A stretch of DNA of 56,796 bases from an uncultured Deferribacteres bacterium (GCA_964014485.1 CAXHAT010000020.1:1-56796); one strand, 5' to 3'; counted from the first letter of the stretch, positions 9,248 to 18,074 are shown. The notes: generated from the letters alone by a model not told the origin. Made by a program: numbers and translations.

Positions 9248-10613
9248 ACTTTCCCAGTCTGCGATAGAGCGAAGTGCGCGTCAGCCCCAGTTCACGCGCG
9301 GCCTGGCTGATATTGCCGCCAAAACGATCTAACGCCTTGCGAATTACCAGCTTTTCAACGTCTTCAAGATTGAAATTATCAAAAACGAGCGCGTCGTCGT
9401 CGCTGTCCGCGGATGGGAAATAAAAATCGTTGGGCTGCAGGACATTGCTGTCGCTGAGAATGACTGCGCGTTCTACGGCGTGCTGCAATTCGCGCACGTT
9501 GCCCGGCCAGGCATACTTGGTTAGCTTTTTCAGGCTGGCAGTATTGACGCGAACTTTTGGCTTGTGATATTTTTTGCCGTAAATTGCCAAAAAGTGCTCG
9601 ATGAGCAGCGGGATGTCGTCCTCGCGCTCACGCAGCGGCGGCAGATGAATTTCAACAGTATTCACGCGATAAAGCAAATCCTGGCGGAATTCTTTGGCTG
9701 CGACCATTTCATGAATCGGCATGTTTGTGGCGCAGATCAAGCGAATGTCGATGTCTTTGGCCTTGTTCGAGCCAATGCGTGTGATTTGGCGGCTTTGCAA
9801 AACAGTCAAGAGTTTTGCCTGAAACGGCAGCGGAATGTTGCCGATTTCGTCCAAAAAAAGCGTGCCGTCTGAAGCGATTTCAAACCTGCCGACGCGATCT
9901 TCACGAGCGTCCGTAAAGGCGCCTTTGACGTGGCCGAACATTTCGCTTTCAAATAAGGTCTCTGTCAGTGCGCCCATGTCGACGCTGATAAAAACTTTTT
10001 CAGCCCGCGCCGATTGTCTGTGAAGTTCACGGGCGACCAACTCCTTGCCCGTGCCGTTTTCTCCCAAAATCAAAACATTGGCATCGGTTTTTGCTACTTT
10101 TTTGATCGTGTCAAAAACGCGCTCCATTGCCGCAGACGAACCGACAATATTGCCAAAAGGCTGATCGAGAACAGCACTAAGCGTTTGCTGTTGCTGCCGC
10201 AAGCTGTCCGCTTCTTCACGGGATTTTCGCAGCTTCATCGCCGAAGAAAGCGTGGCGAGCAGCTTTTCGTTTTGCCATGGTTTAAGCACAAAATCGACGG
10301 CGCCTTCCTTGATGGCGCGCACCGCCATTTCAACGTCGCCATAGGCCGTGATCATGACCACAACAGCGGACGGTTCGAGTTCAAGAATCCGGTTCAGCCA
10401 AACGAAGCCTTCGTAGCCGCTACTGGCGTCCCGGGTGAAGTTCATGTCGAGCAAGATCACGTCGTAGCTTTCATTTTTCAGCAACGCCGGGATCATCTCC
10501 GGATTTTTTTCTATATGCACAAGTGCGAGATGTCGTTTCAGGTAAAGTTTCGCGGCTTGCAGGACGTCCTCATCGTCATCGACGACGAGCAGCTTGCCAA
10601 ATTTTTTGCTCAT
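9237..10613 (-). CDS. Sigma-54-dependent (NtrC-family) response regulator
   Basis: REC domain; GENGTGKE, GAFTDA, LFLDEIG, WPGNVREL; Fis-type HTH. Confidence 0.95.
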   Translation of the reverse strand: MSKKFGKLLVVDDDEDVLQAAKLYLKRHLALVHIEKNPEMIPALLKNESYDVILLDMNFTRDASSGYEGFVWLNRILELEPSAVVVMITAYGDVEMAVRAIKEGAVDFVLKPWQNEKLLATLSSAMKLRKSREEADSLRQQQQTLSAVLDQPFGNIVGSSAAMERVFDTIKKVAKTDANVLILGENGTGKELVARELHRQSARAEKVFISVDMGALTETLFESEMFGHVKGAFTDAREDRVGRFEIASDGTLFLDEIGNIPLPFQAKLLTVLQSRQITRIGSNKAKDIDIRLICATNMPIHEMVAAKEFRQDLLYRVNTVEIHLPPLREREDDIPLLIEHFLAIYGKKYHKPKVRVNTASLKKLTKYAWPGNVRELQHAVERAVILSDSNVLQPNDFYFPSADSDDDALVFDNFNLEDVEKLVIRKALDRFGGNISQAARELGLTRTSLYRRLGKYGL

Positions 10614-10765
10614 GAATTTTCCAAAGTAAGTTCGAAAAGCAGGATAAATTTAAACCGACTTTCTTGAGTTCAAAACGGTTTGTTGCCGGGCGGATTTTGC
10701 AAAGACTATTCCTTGGTGATTTATAGTTTACCGTTGCATGCTGTGCTTTATTGAAACAAACGTCC

Positions 10766-10804
10766 TGTCCGCTATCGAACACAATTGTTGTTGCATCGGA
10801 TACA
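10766..10804. promoter_or_regulatory. Tandem TGT-N10-ACA enhancer-like sites
   Basis: TGTCCGCTATCGAACA (10766..10781) and TGTTGCATCGGATACA (10789..10804), upstream of the sigma-54 activator gene. Confidence 0.55.
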
Positions 10805-10820
10805 TTCATTCCATTTTTAT

Positions 10821-11063
10821 CTGATGTTACGCACGCGTCGTTTGGCACAAGCGGTCAGAGTCTGGGGGCAAGTATTGATTCTCATTGGCTCCGCTCTTCA
10901 GAGCGGAGGTTCTTGAAGACGGGCTCTCCCATCTCTTCCACCGCGCCAGCGCGGTGGAAGAGATGAAAATGAACGCTTCGTGCGTCACCGGGCTGAAGCC
11001 CGGCGCTAATAAGACGATGTTTGCTTCAAGATTGAGGGTGTACGTTGCCGTGCGTAACATCAG
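10821..11063. mobile_element. MITE, CTGATG family, copy C with an unrelated interior
   Basis: 15-bp perfect TIR CTGATGTTACGCACG; flanks ATTTTTAT / ATTTTTAA; three internal palindromes. Confidence 0.8.
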
Positions 11064-11127
11064 ATTTTTAAGTTAAAAATCAGAATGCGGCAAGGCTTCA
11101 GCGCCAAGCTACTTGAAGGCAAAACGC

Positions 11128-11156
11128 TTGACAAGTCATTGCTCATTCGATATACT
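11128..11156 (+). promoter_or_regulatory. Sigma-70 promoter of the ECF sigma gene
   Basis: TTGACA-17 nt-TATACT. Confidence 0.75.
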
Positions 11157-11231
11157 TATCGCTTTAATTTTAAGGAAATTGCCTCAGGATGACCGCAGAC
11201 AAATTTTTATCAAAGGGGCGTTATCAATAGA

Positions 11232-11906
11232 ATGAGTTTTAAGGATCTGTCACACAATGATCTGATCAAGCATCTCGCGAATAACCCGTCGGATGAGCTT
11301 GCTTGGCTTGAATTTATCTCGCGTTTCCAAAAACGCATTTGCTTTACGATTTATCGAACGGCGCAAACTTTGGATTTCAAGTACGCGCTGGATAATGTTA
11401 ATGATTTGGCGCAGGAAGTCTATGCTAAATTGTTAAAGAATGATGCAGAACCGCTCAAAAATTTTACCGGGAAATACGAAAACTCCATCCTCAACTATTT
11501 GGACGTCATTGCAACGCGTATCGTCTATATTGAATTTGAAGCCAGCAAGGCGCAAAAGCGCCCTCCCGCGCATTTGGGCAGATCGATCAATGCGCCAATC
11601 GCCAAAGACGGAGAATCGGGCGGTGCGGAATTGCATGAAATTCTTAAAGTGTCAGGTTGGGACGCTGAGGAGAGAACGGAAGACTTGAAAGAAGCGATCG
11701 AGCATTGTTTGTCAGACCTTTTGAGCAGTTCGCGGAATTACGAACGCGACCGCATCATTTTTTGCTCGTATTTCTATGACGGACTCTCTCCGGACGAAAT
11801 TGCATCCGATCCAAATATCAACATTTCTTCCAAAAGAATTATCAATAGAATCGGCGAACAAAAAAAACTATTGATCGACTGCCTCAAGAGCAAATTTGAT
11901 TATTAA
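11232..11906 (+). CDS. ECF-type sigma-70 family RNA polymerase sigma factor
   Basis: AWLEFISRF...DLAQEVYAKLL (region 2); YFYDGLSPDEIA (region 4). Confidence 0.85.
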   Translation: MSFKDLSHNDLIKHLANNPSDELAWLEFISRFQKRICFTIYRTAQTLDFKYALDNVNDLAQEVYAKLLKNDAEPLKNFTGKYENSILNYLDVIATRIVYIEFEASKAQKRPPAHLGRSINAPIAKDGESGGAELHEILKVSGWDAEERTEDLKEAIEHCLSDLLSSSRNYERDRIIFCSYFYDGLSPDEIASDPNINISSKRIINRIGEQKKLLIDCLKSKFDY

Positions 11907-12187
11907 CTGATGTTACGCGCAGTTAAGCATTCCCGAGACTCAACCGAAAACAGTGCCTCATTACGGTTGGTTCCCAAACTCCGGTTTGGGAATGGAGGTA
12001 GGCGCGAAACTCCAGTTTCGAACCAAAGAACTCAGTCGAAACTGGAGTTTCGAGTGCAATTGCGTTCCCAATCCCGAGATTGGGAACGAGCATTTTTGGC
12101 GTCTCGAAATTAGGTTGGCGGTAGGGCGCGCCGCCGAATGACTTTGATAAAAGGTTGCTGGATTATGAGGCTGGCGCGTAACATCAG
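11907..12187. mobile_element. MITE, CTGATG family, copy B (inverted relative to copy A)
   Basis: TIR CTGATGTTACGCGC; 7-bp direct repeat TTATTAA at 11900..11906 and 12188..12194. Confidence 0.92.
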
Positions 12188-12200
12188 TTATTAAGAGTTG

Positions 12201-12227
12201 GGAAACCTTCTCGCGCCGCCTGTCTCT
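12201..12227 (+). promoter_or_regulatory. Putative ECF-sigma promoter upstream of the anti-sigma gene
   Basis: GGAAAC-15 nt-GTCTCT, resembling the ECF AAC...GTC consensus. Confidence 0.45.
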
Positions 12228-12324
12228 ATTGCTGCGTTCTAATCCACAAGACCGCAATTTTTAGATAGCCGGCGTAACTGTTTTTTTACCGCCGGATTCC
12301 AAAAAACATGCTACAGGATTTATA

Positions 12325-13293
12325 ATGAACAAACCCAGAAAAGATTCTTCCAGGGAGGGGAATCGCTCGTCAGGAGTCAATCGACTTTCTGATGAGTTGC
12401 TTTTTCGATACATGGACGGCCAACTCTCTGAAGAAGAAGCCGCCGAAGTTCAAGGCAAAATTAACCGTGACCCCCAGGCCTTTAAATTGTACACAACTTT
12501 GCTGCGGCTAAAGGCGACTGAACCATCCGAACAAGAGCTTGCCGATTTCGCGCAAGAACACGCTTTTACGCCCGCCGCTGAGGTTGTGAAAAAACTTAAT
12601 CTTCGGAAAACTGCGCCTGCTTTTCCCGACAGCCCCGTCAGTTTTGTTGATCAAATCATCACGGTCATCAAAGGTCTCCCCAAAATCGTGTATGTTGTTC
12701 CGGTGCTTCTTATCGCCGTATTCTTGGGAAGAGATTTGTTCTTACCCGAAGGAACAAGCCCTTCCGACAAATATACTTTTGACACTGTTTTGCCCCTTGA
12801 CGAATTTCCGAGCATTTTACGAAGCACTGATAAAGATGTTGAAGTTTTTGTCTCAGGACTCGATAACGGGGTGTTTCAATACGGCTCGCTGCAATACGCG
12901 AGCGCAGTCGCTTCTTTTGAGAGCATTGAAAACGATGTTGAAGCATTGGCGCTCAAAAGCCCGGAACCAGGAAGCCAAGAATTTGATTGGCTGCGAGATT
13001 ATTATTTGTATAAAGGCCTTTCCCGCCTCGCTCTCTCCACCAGCAAAAAACAAAAATTATCCCCAACCGAAAAATCATCACAACTCAATCTGGCCGTCGC
13101 TGATTTGCAGCAATGCGTGACGCTTGTTCGCGAGGCCGGGCTTGAGAAGATTGAACGAGAATACTACTTTCTCGCTTTAGCTCAAGCGCTTTCCAGTAAG
13201 ACGGACGATGCGAAGATTTCACTTGAAAACATTCCGGCGGACGGCCAGTACAGCAAAGAAGCGCAAGCGCTTCGCGCTGATTTTAACTTCTGA
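12325..13293 (+). CDS. Putative membrane anti-sigma factor with extracytoplasmic TPR-like helices
   Basis: ASD-like N-terminus (ELLFRYMDGQLSEEEAAEV, no zinc ligands); one TM; TPR-like YYLYKGLSRLA and YYFLALAQA; follows the ECF sigma gene. Confidence 0.7.
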   Translation: MNKPRKDSSREGNRSSGVNRLSDELLFRYMDGQLSEEEAAEVQGKINRDPQAFKLYTTLLRLKATEPSEQELADFAQEHAFTPAAEVVKKLNLRKTAPAFPDSPVSFVDQIITVIKGLPKIVYVVPVLLIAVFLGRDLFLPEGTSPSDKYTFDTVLPLDEFPSILRSTDKDVEVFVSGLDNGVFQYGSLQYASAVASFESIENDVEALALKSPEPGSQEFDWLRDYYLYKGLSRLALSTSKKQKLSPTEKSSQLNLAVADLQQCVTLVREAGLEKIEREYYFLALAQALSSKTDDAKISLENIPADGQYSKEAQALRADFNF

Positions 13294-13416
13294 TAATTAC
13301 TTTGAATAAATTTTTTTGAGAAGGCGTCCGCTGCACTTAAAGCGGCTCTTCTCAATAGGAATTTATGGTGAAAATACAGGGGATTATTGCGGAGTGTATG
13401 GGGGAAACGGACAGCA

Positions 13417-13454
13417 AAAAAGCCGTCGCATCCGGTTGGATTGACGGCTCTTTT
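13417..13454. terminator. Bidirectional terminator between convergent genes
   Basis: AAAAAAGCCGTC...GACGGCTCTTTT. Confidence 0.7.
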
Positions 13455-13469
13455 AAACTATCGCAACGC

Positions 13470-13814
13470 TTATTTGAAGCTTGAGGCGGCTTCAACAACG
13501 CTGTCGTAGGTATCGAAAATCGTTTGCAGCTTCGTGATAATAAACAGATGGTGCACTTTATCCGTGACGTTGGAAAGCTTGAGCTCGGCTCCGTTGTTCT
13601 TGGCAGTTGTAAGAGCGCCCATCAACGCGCCAAGACCGGAACTATTCATCCATTTCACGCCGCCCAGGTTAATGATAAGCTTCTTGTTGCCCTCGTCAAT
13701 GAGTTCTTTAACCTTGCCGTGTAACTTCTGTGTATCAGACCCGCCCATAAGCTTGCCTTTTAACGCGATGACTGCAACGTCGCCGTGCATTTCGACTTTC
13801 TGAGCCATTCCCAC
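13470..13814 (-). CDS. STAS-domain anti-sigma factor antagonist
   Basis: LIINLGGVKWMNSSGLGAL; GGAGG RBS. Confidence 0.92.
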   Translation of the reverse strand: MGMAQKVEMHGDVAVIALKGKLMGGSDTQKLHGKVKELIDEGNKKLIINLGGVKWMNSSGLGALMGALTTAKNNGAELKLSNVTDKVHHLFIITKLQTIFDTYDSVVEAASSFK

Positions 13815-13862
13815 AAACCTCCGTCAAGCAATGATGATTTAGTTTCAAGATTAGATTGCGCG

Positions 13863-13891
13863 ATTTTAACGGTTTTAAAGTGATATGTCAA
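13863..13891 (-). promoter_or_regulatory. Sigma-70 promoter of the STAS gene
   Basis: Minus strand TTGACA-17 nt-TAAAAT. Confidence 0.7.
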
Positions 13892-13981
13892 CTCTTTTGT
13901 CACTATCCTTGAATGTACGTCATGAAAAGATGTTTCACGCACCGCCCAAGAAAATTATTACCTGAAATACCGTCCGTTAAT

Positions 13982-14014
13982 AAAAAAAGCACAGCCCGCA
14001 TCGGGACTGTGCTT
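13982..14014 (-). terminator. Rho-independent terminator closing the large minus-strand locus
   Basis: AAGCACAGTCCCG-atg-CGGGCTGTGCTTTTTTT on the minus strand. Confidence 0.8.
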
Positions 14015-14060
14015 ATGAATTCAAGAAGCAGGACGAGTCTCTAATTCAGAAACTCAGGGA

Positions 14061-16649
14061 TCACTTCATCAAAACCATCTTCTTCGTAGAAACGAAGTTG
14101 TCGCCTGCTTGCAATTGAAAATAGTAAACGCCGGAGGCGGCAGGGCCGTTGAGCTCAGTGTTGAAATCGAGCACGACTTCGTATGAACCCGCCTGCTGCA
14201 CTTCATTTACAACCGTTGCGACCTGCTGGCCGAGCGCATTGTAAATAACGAGCTTCACCGGAGCGGATTTCGCAAGTTGATAGCGAACCGTCGTCGAAGG
14301 ATTGAACGGGTTCGGATAGTTCTGCATCAATTCGAAAGTGCTCGGAATCGCACCGTCAACGAAGCGCACGCTGACAGGCGTAACCATACATGGCGCTGCG
14401 TCGTCAATCGGTTCGCCCGCTTCATCTTCAACGACCAGAGGCTGAGCGATGTCGGTGTTCCAGTAATCGAGCCCCATCTGATATTCCGCATCAAAAGTCG
14501 GGTTGCCTTCGCCGTCAACGCCGGTGGAACGCGCGAAACGCACCCGACGGCGCCCAGAGGAGAAACCAGGCCCGGCTTCTTCTATGCCCGCCCAATTGAG
14601 CTTGTATTGCATCCAGTTTTGTTGCGGGCCAGTCACTTGGATCGATAGCGTATAAACGCTGTCGCCGTCTTCGTCCTCGAACGGGAACATTGGGCGACTT
14701 TCTCCATCATCTCCAAGCGTACCGTTGAAGAAGTGCCAGAACGGATCGGCAGAGTCCATAAAGAGCGTGTCTGTGGCAACGTCGCCAAAGGTCGGGTCGC
14801 GCAAAGCACAGCGCATATCCGCCGTGAAGTGCATCCAATAAGTTGCAGTGTCTGGTACAACCGTAAAAATATCATTAAACGTTTGTACGCCGACAACTTG
14901 TTGAGCGTCGCTGGTAAATTCATAGATGCGATTACCGCCGCCTGTAGAGCCAGGCTCTTCCCAGCCGGAAGGCGGAGGATTGTCCGTAAAGCGATCGCTG
15001 CTTTGGTTGAATTTAATAAAATATTTATACTCCAAATCAACGCCCGGTACGTCTGTCACCGGCAACGCCAACTCAAAGATGGCCGCGTCTGTAAGCGACT
15101 GTCGCATGAGCGATTGATCTAATTCTGCGCCATTCCAGCCGTTAAAGCCGCCGTAGACTACGAGGCTGTCGCCGTCCGTCTCATCGAACAAGCCGAGATC
15201 GCGCAATGGCGTGACGTCAACTTGAAACAACAACGTTGCATCAACAGCTTCGCCAGGATTCATGTCCCACTTTACTGTCGCGAGGTTTGCTGGATCAATT
15301 CCGAAACCGAGCATTGCGGGATCACGATCCGGTAAGCTTTCCCATTCCGCGACCGAATCATCCTCGTTGCGAATCACATACTTGAACTTTACTCCGTTTG
15401 CATCAGCCAAGCCCGCGGCTACCGGCAAAATACCGTCGTAAACGTTATCGTCATTTTCATCAATAAGCTCAGAGCTTTCGCGCGTGGCACCGCCCCAGCC
15501 GTTGAAAGTACCGACTGCGGCGATATAATGAACTTCCGGGTTGTAAAGGCCGTCGTTTAACGGGTCGGTCATGTCAACACTGAAGTTTACGCCTTGCGAC
15601 CATTCGCTGGTGTCCAGTTCAACATCCGTCATCATGCCGTCAAGACTCAAAGGCCGATCATCACTGGATTCCCAGTGTGCGAGAGCGCCGCCTTCGGTGA
15701 CAACATATTTAAACGTATTTTCACCACTCTCAATAACGAATGTACCGGAATAAATGCCATCGCCGTCTTCGTCGGAAAGTGCACTGGCTGCAAGATCGGC
15801 GTTTTCCCAACCGTTATGAGAACCAACCTGGCTAATGCCTTCCGCCGCCGGATCGAAAGTACCGAAAGCAATATGAACGCGCATGTCGCAATTAAACGTC
15901 ACGTTGACGTCAACTGAAGTGCCGATGTCTCCGTTCCAGGGAATGATCCCGGTTTCCGCCGGATCAAGCATAACGCCCGAAGGCGCCAAATCACGATCCG
16001 GGTGGCCTTCCCATTCCGCTACGCTTTGATCCGATTTGTTACGGGTGACGAATTTGAACTTCACGCCATTGGCGTCCGCGAGTCCGGCGGCTACTGGATG
16101 ACGGCCTGTCCAAACATTGTCGCCGTCTTCATCGCTCAATGCCGAAGCCGAGCTGTCCGCGCCGCCCCAGCCGTTAAACGTCCCAACTGCCGCGACATAG
16201 TGGATCGCCGGGTCAAAACTAGCGGGAACGTCGTCTACTGCCATATCTACACGGAAATTAATGCCTTGCGCCCATTCCGTCGTATCAACCGCAACGGGAT
16301 CTGCGCCAACGGACAAGGGGCGATCCGGACTGGATTCCCAAGCTGCGATCCCGCCGTCCTGAGTAGCGACATACTTGTACATATGCTCGCCTTCGCCAAC
16401 GCCGATGGTCGCGGTGTAAATCCCGTCTCCGTCATCGTCCGCAAGGGCGTTTGCCGCTAAATCGGCCGCCCCCCAGCCGTTGTGCGAGCCAACCGCGCTC
16501 ACGCCCTGGGTTGCGGGATCGAAGGTGCCGGTGGCAATATGTACGCGCATGTCAACCGCGAAGTCAACATTGGTTTGCGCGAAAGCCAGACTGGAACCGC
16601 CGATCAGGAGCGCAACCGCCGTCATCGGTAACCATTTCGCAAGTCGCAT
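14061..16649 (-). CDS. Secreted protein with six CBM20-like beta-sandwich repeats and a T9SS-type C-terminal domain
   Basis: ATG at 16649 with GAGGAGG RBS and signal peptide; repeated VxFxVDM..VGxxNGW..LxDxDGDxxY..YKY..WE..DR; QNYPNPFNP...KKMVLMK tail. Confidence 0.8.
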   Translation of the reverse strand: MRLAKWLPMTAVALLIGGSSLAFAQTNVDFAVDMRVHIATGTFDPATQGVSAVGSHNGWGAADLAANALADDDGDGIYTATIGVGEGEHMYKYVATQDGGIAAWESSPDRPLSVGADPVAVDTTEWAQGINFRVDMAVDDVPASFDPAIHYVAAVGTFNGWGGADSSASALSDEDGDNVWTGRHPVAAGLADANGVKFKFVTRNKSDQSVAEWEGHPDRDLAPSGVMLDPAETGIIPWNGDIGTSVDVNVTFNCDMRVHIAFGTFDPAAEGISQVGSHNGWENADLAASALSDEDGDGIYSGTFVIESGENTFKYVVTEGGALAHWESSDDRPLSLDGMMTDVELDTSEWSQGVNFSVDMTDPLNDGLYNPEVHYIAAVGTFNGWGGATRESSELIDENDDNVYDGILPVAAGLADANGVKFKYVIRNEDDSVAEWESLPDRDPAMLGFGIDPANLATVKWDMNPGEAVDATLLFQVDVTPLRDLGLFDETDGDSLVVYGGFNGWNGAELDQSLMRQSLTDAAIFELALPVTDVPGVDLEYKYFIKFNQSSDRFTDNPPPSGWEEPGSTGGGNRIYEFTSDAQQVVGVQTFNDIFTVVPDTATYWMHFTADMRCALRDPTFGDVATDTLFMDSADPFWHFFNGTLGDDGESRPMFPFEDEDGDSVYTLSIQVTGPQQNWMQYKLNWAGIEEAGPGFSSGRRRVRFARSTGVDGEGNPTFDAEYQMGLDYWNTDIAQPLVVEDEAGEPIDDAAPCMVTPVSVRFVDGAIPSTFELMQNYPNPFNPSTTVRYQLAKSAPVKLVIYNALGQQVATVVNEVQQAGSYEVVLDFNTELNGPAASGVYYFQLQAGDNFVSTKKMVLMK

Positions 16650-16851
16650 TTCTGCGTCCTCCTCTGTAAAGAGTTCATGAGTGCAGCGAGCGTGTGGAAT
16701 TCTACCGCTATGCTTTCTCGTGGAAAGCTTTCTAATTCGCGGCATGTTGGTGGCTGCCAACATTCCTGTCACGACCGCCAGTAAGGGTTGATTGAATATC
16801 TGTAAGCCAGATTTTCCGGTTTAAAAGAGCTTTTTGAAGAAGTAAACAGGT

Positions 16852-17246
16852 TTATTTTGACAAGTTCTTCTGCAGCCATACAACAAATGCAGAGAAATCA
16901 ACCTCTTTGGTTAATTCCAAGCGGCTTTTGTTTTCCAAGTGCAAATGCGGAATGTTTTCACCGGCGTGCGCTTCTCCGATCTTGCCATACTTCAGGCGCA
17001 ATGCACGCGGGTCTGGTGCGTTGTCGAAACCGGCTTCAACATGATTTCCGCCAGAACGTAATAGCTATATTTTCTTATCGCTGGCGATACGACCTCCGCA
17101 ACAACGATCCGATACTTGCCATAGGTCGCTTCAATCCGCAAAATCGCGCGTTTGGGCGTTTCATCTTGAGTTAGAGAAACATTCTTGAAGGTTGTTTGGG
17201 CTAAACGAATTACTTCAGTAAAATACGTTTCAACTCCTCCGTCCAA
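16852..17246 (-). pseudogene. DUF6516 (TumE-like) toxin, frameshifted near 17050
   Basis: Frame 1 reads ...RKYSYYVLA; the shifted frame continues GNHVEAGFDNAPDPRALRLKYG...IPHLHLE...LQKNLSK* to a TAA at 16852. Confidence 0.75.
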
Positions 17247-17542
17247 TCATTTATCCCCTTCATGCAAAATTCCCAGTCGGTCAAATCAGTTTCCCATAAG
17301 TTGTCAATTGATTTTTCGACTTCGGCAACGAAGGCTTCGTCTTCAGCAGTCCGTTTCGCAAATACTTCGTACTTCAATCCGTACTTGCTTTCAAATTCAT
17401 TACATTTCCGGTGTAAACTCTGAATCCGCGCGGATATCTGGTCAATCGTGTAGCGTTGCAACGCCGCATTGACGGATTCCTGCAAATCGCCGAATTGCGA
17501 AAGCGTACCTGCTATCTTGTCATCGACCGCTATTGTCGTCAT
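17210..17542 (-). CDS. Putative antitoxin (TumA-like) overlapping the toxin gene
   Basis: FESKYGLKYEVF and ETDLTDWE motifs; GAGGA RBS; overlaps the downstream gene. Confidence 0.7.
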   Translation of the reverse strand: MTTIAVDDKIAGTLSQFGDLQESVNAALQRYTIDQISARIQSLHRKCNEFESKYGLKYEVFAKRTAEDEAFVAEVEKSIDNLWETDLTDWEFCMKGINDWTEELKRILLK

Positions 17543-17558
17543 TGCTTGTTCCTCAAGC

Positions 17559-18074
17559 CTTTTATGGTTAGGATCACTTGCTTGTATGGAGCGTCAGTGA
17601 AATACCAGGCGAGTGCATCCTTTTGTTAGCGGCTATCTTTTTAATCTCTTGAAGTAGAACTGTTCTGGATCTCCTTCATCCAAGTTATGCACTATGCCGC
17701 TCGGTTCATATGACATGCTTGCCATGAAAGCTTGCATGGGGGAATTGGATTCGTTTGTTGAAGTGAATAGCTTTACCGTATTGCAGATTTCCTCCAGTCG
17801 TTTCACAAGCGCGGTTGCAATGCCCTTGCGCCGATATGCTTCTTGCACGATCAGCATCGATATAAACCCGCAAGAGAAGAAGGTATACTCCAGCACGGCA
17901 TATCCGACTACTCGCTCATCAATGAGTGCGATGACGGCACAACCCCTTCTAACCCACTCCCGAATATGCTGCCGTCGAGTTTCTTCAGTGGCGGCAATAT
18001 GATCGATCGTGATAATTCCATCGATATCATGCTCTGTTGCATCCCGAATAATCATTGTCTTATTTCCCGCTAAC
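17559..18074 (-). mobile_element. Solo integron gene cassette (GNAT gene plus attC at 17559..17631)
   Basis: Minus strand: G^TTAGCGG at 18074..18067 before the gene; CCGCTAAC (R'') right after the stop; L'' GATGCACT pairs with L' AGTGATC leaving an extrahelical G; R' is degenerate. Confidence 0.8.
17633..18055 (-). CDS. GNAT family N-acetyltransferase
   Basis: MIIRDAT start; VQEAYRRKGIATALV acetyl-CoA motif; FTSTNESN. Confidence 0.9.
   Translation of the reverse strand: MIIRDATEHDIDGIITIDHIAATEETRRQHIREWVRRGCAVIALIDERVVGYAVLEYTFFSCGFISMLIVQEAYRRKGIATALVKRLEEICNTVKLFTSTNESNSPMQAFMASMSYEPSGIVHNLDEGDPEQFYFKRLKR

Noticed and set aside
16723..16732. LacI-type operator GAAAGCTTTC upstream of the multi-CBM gene
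   Set aside because: A single 10-bp palindrome, not repeated at other promoters in the locus, and no LacI gene in the window.
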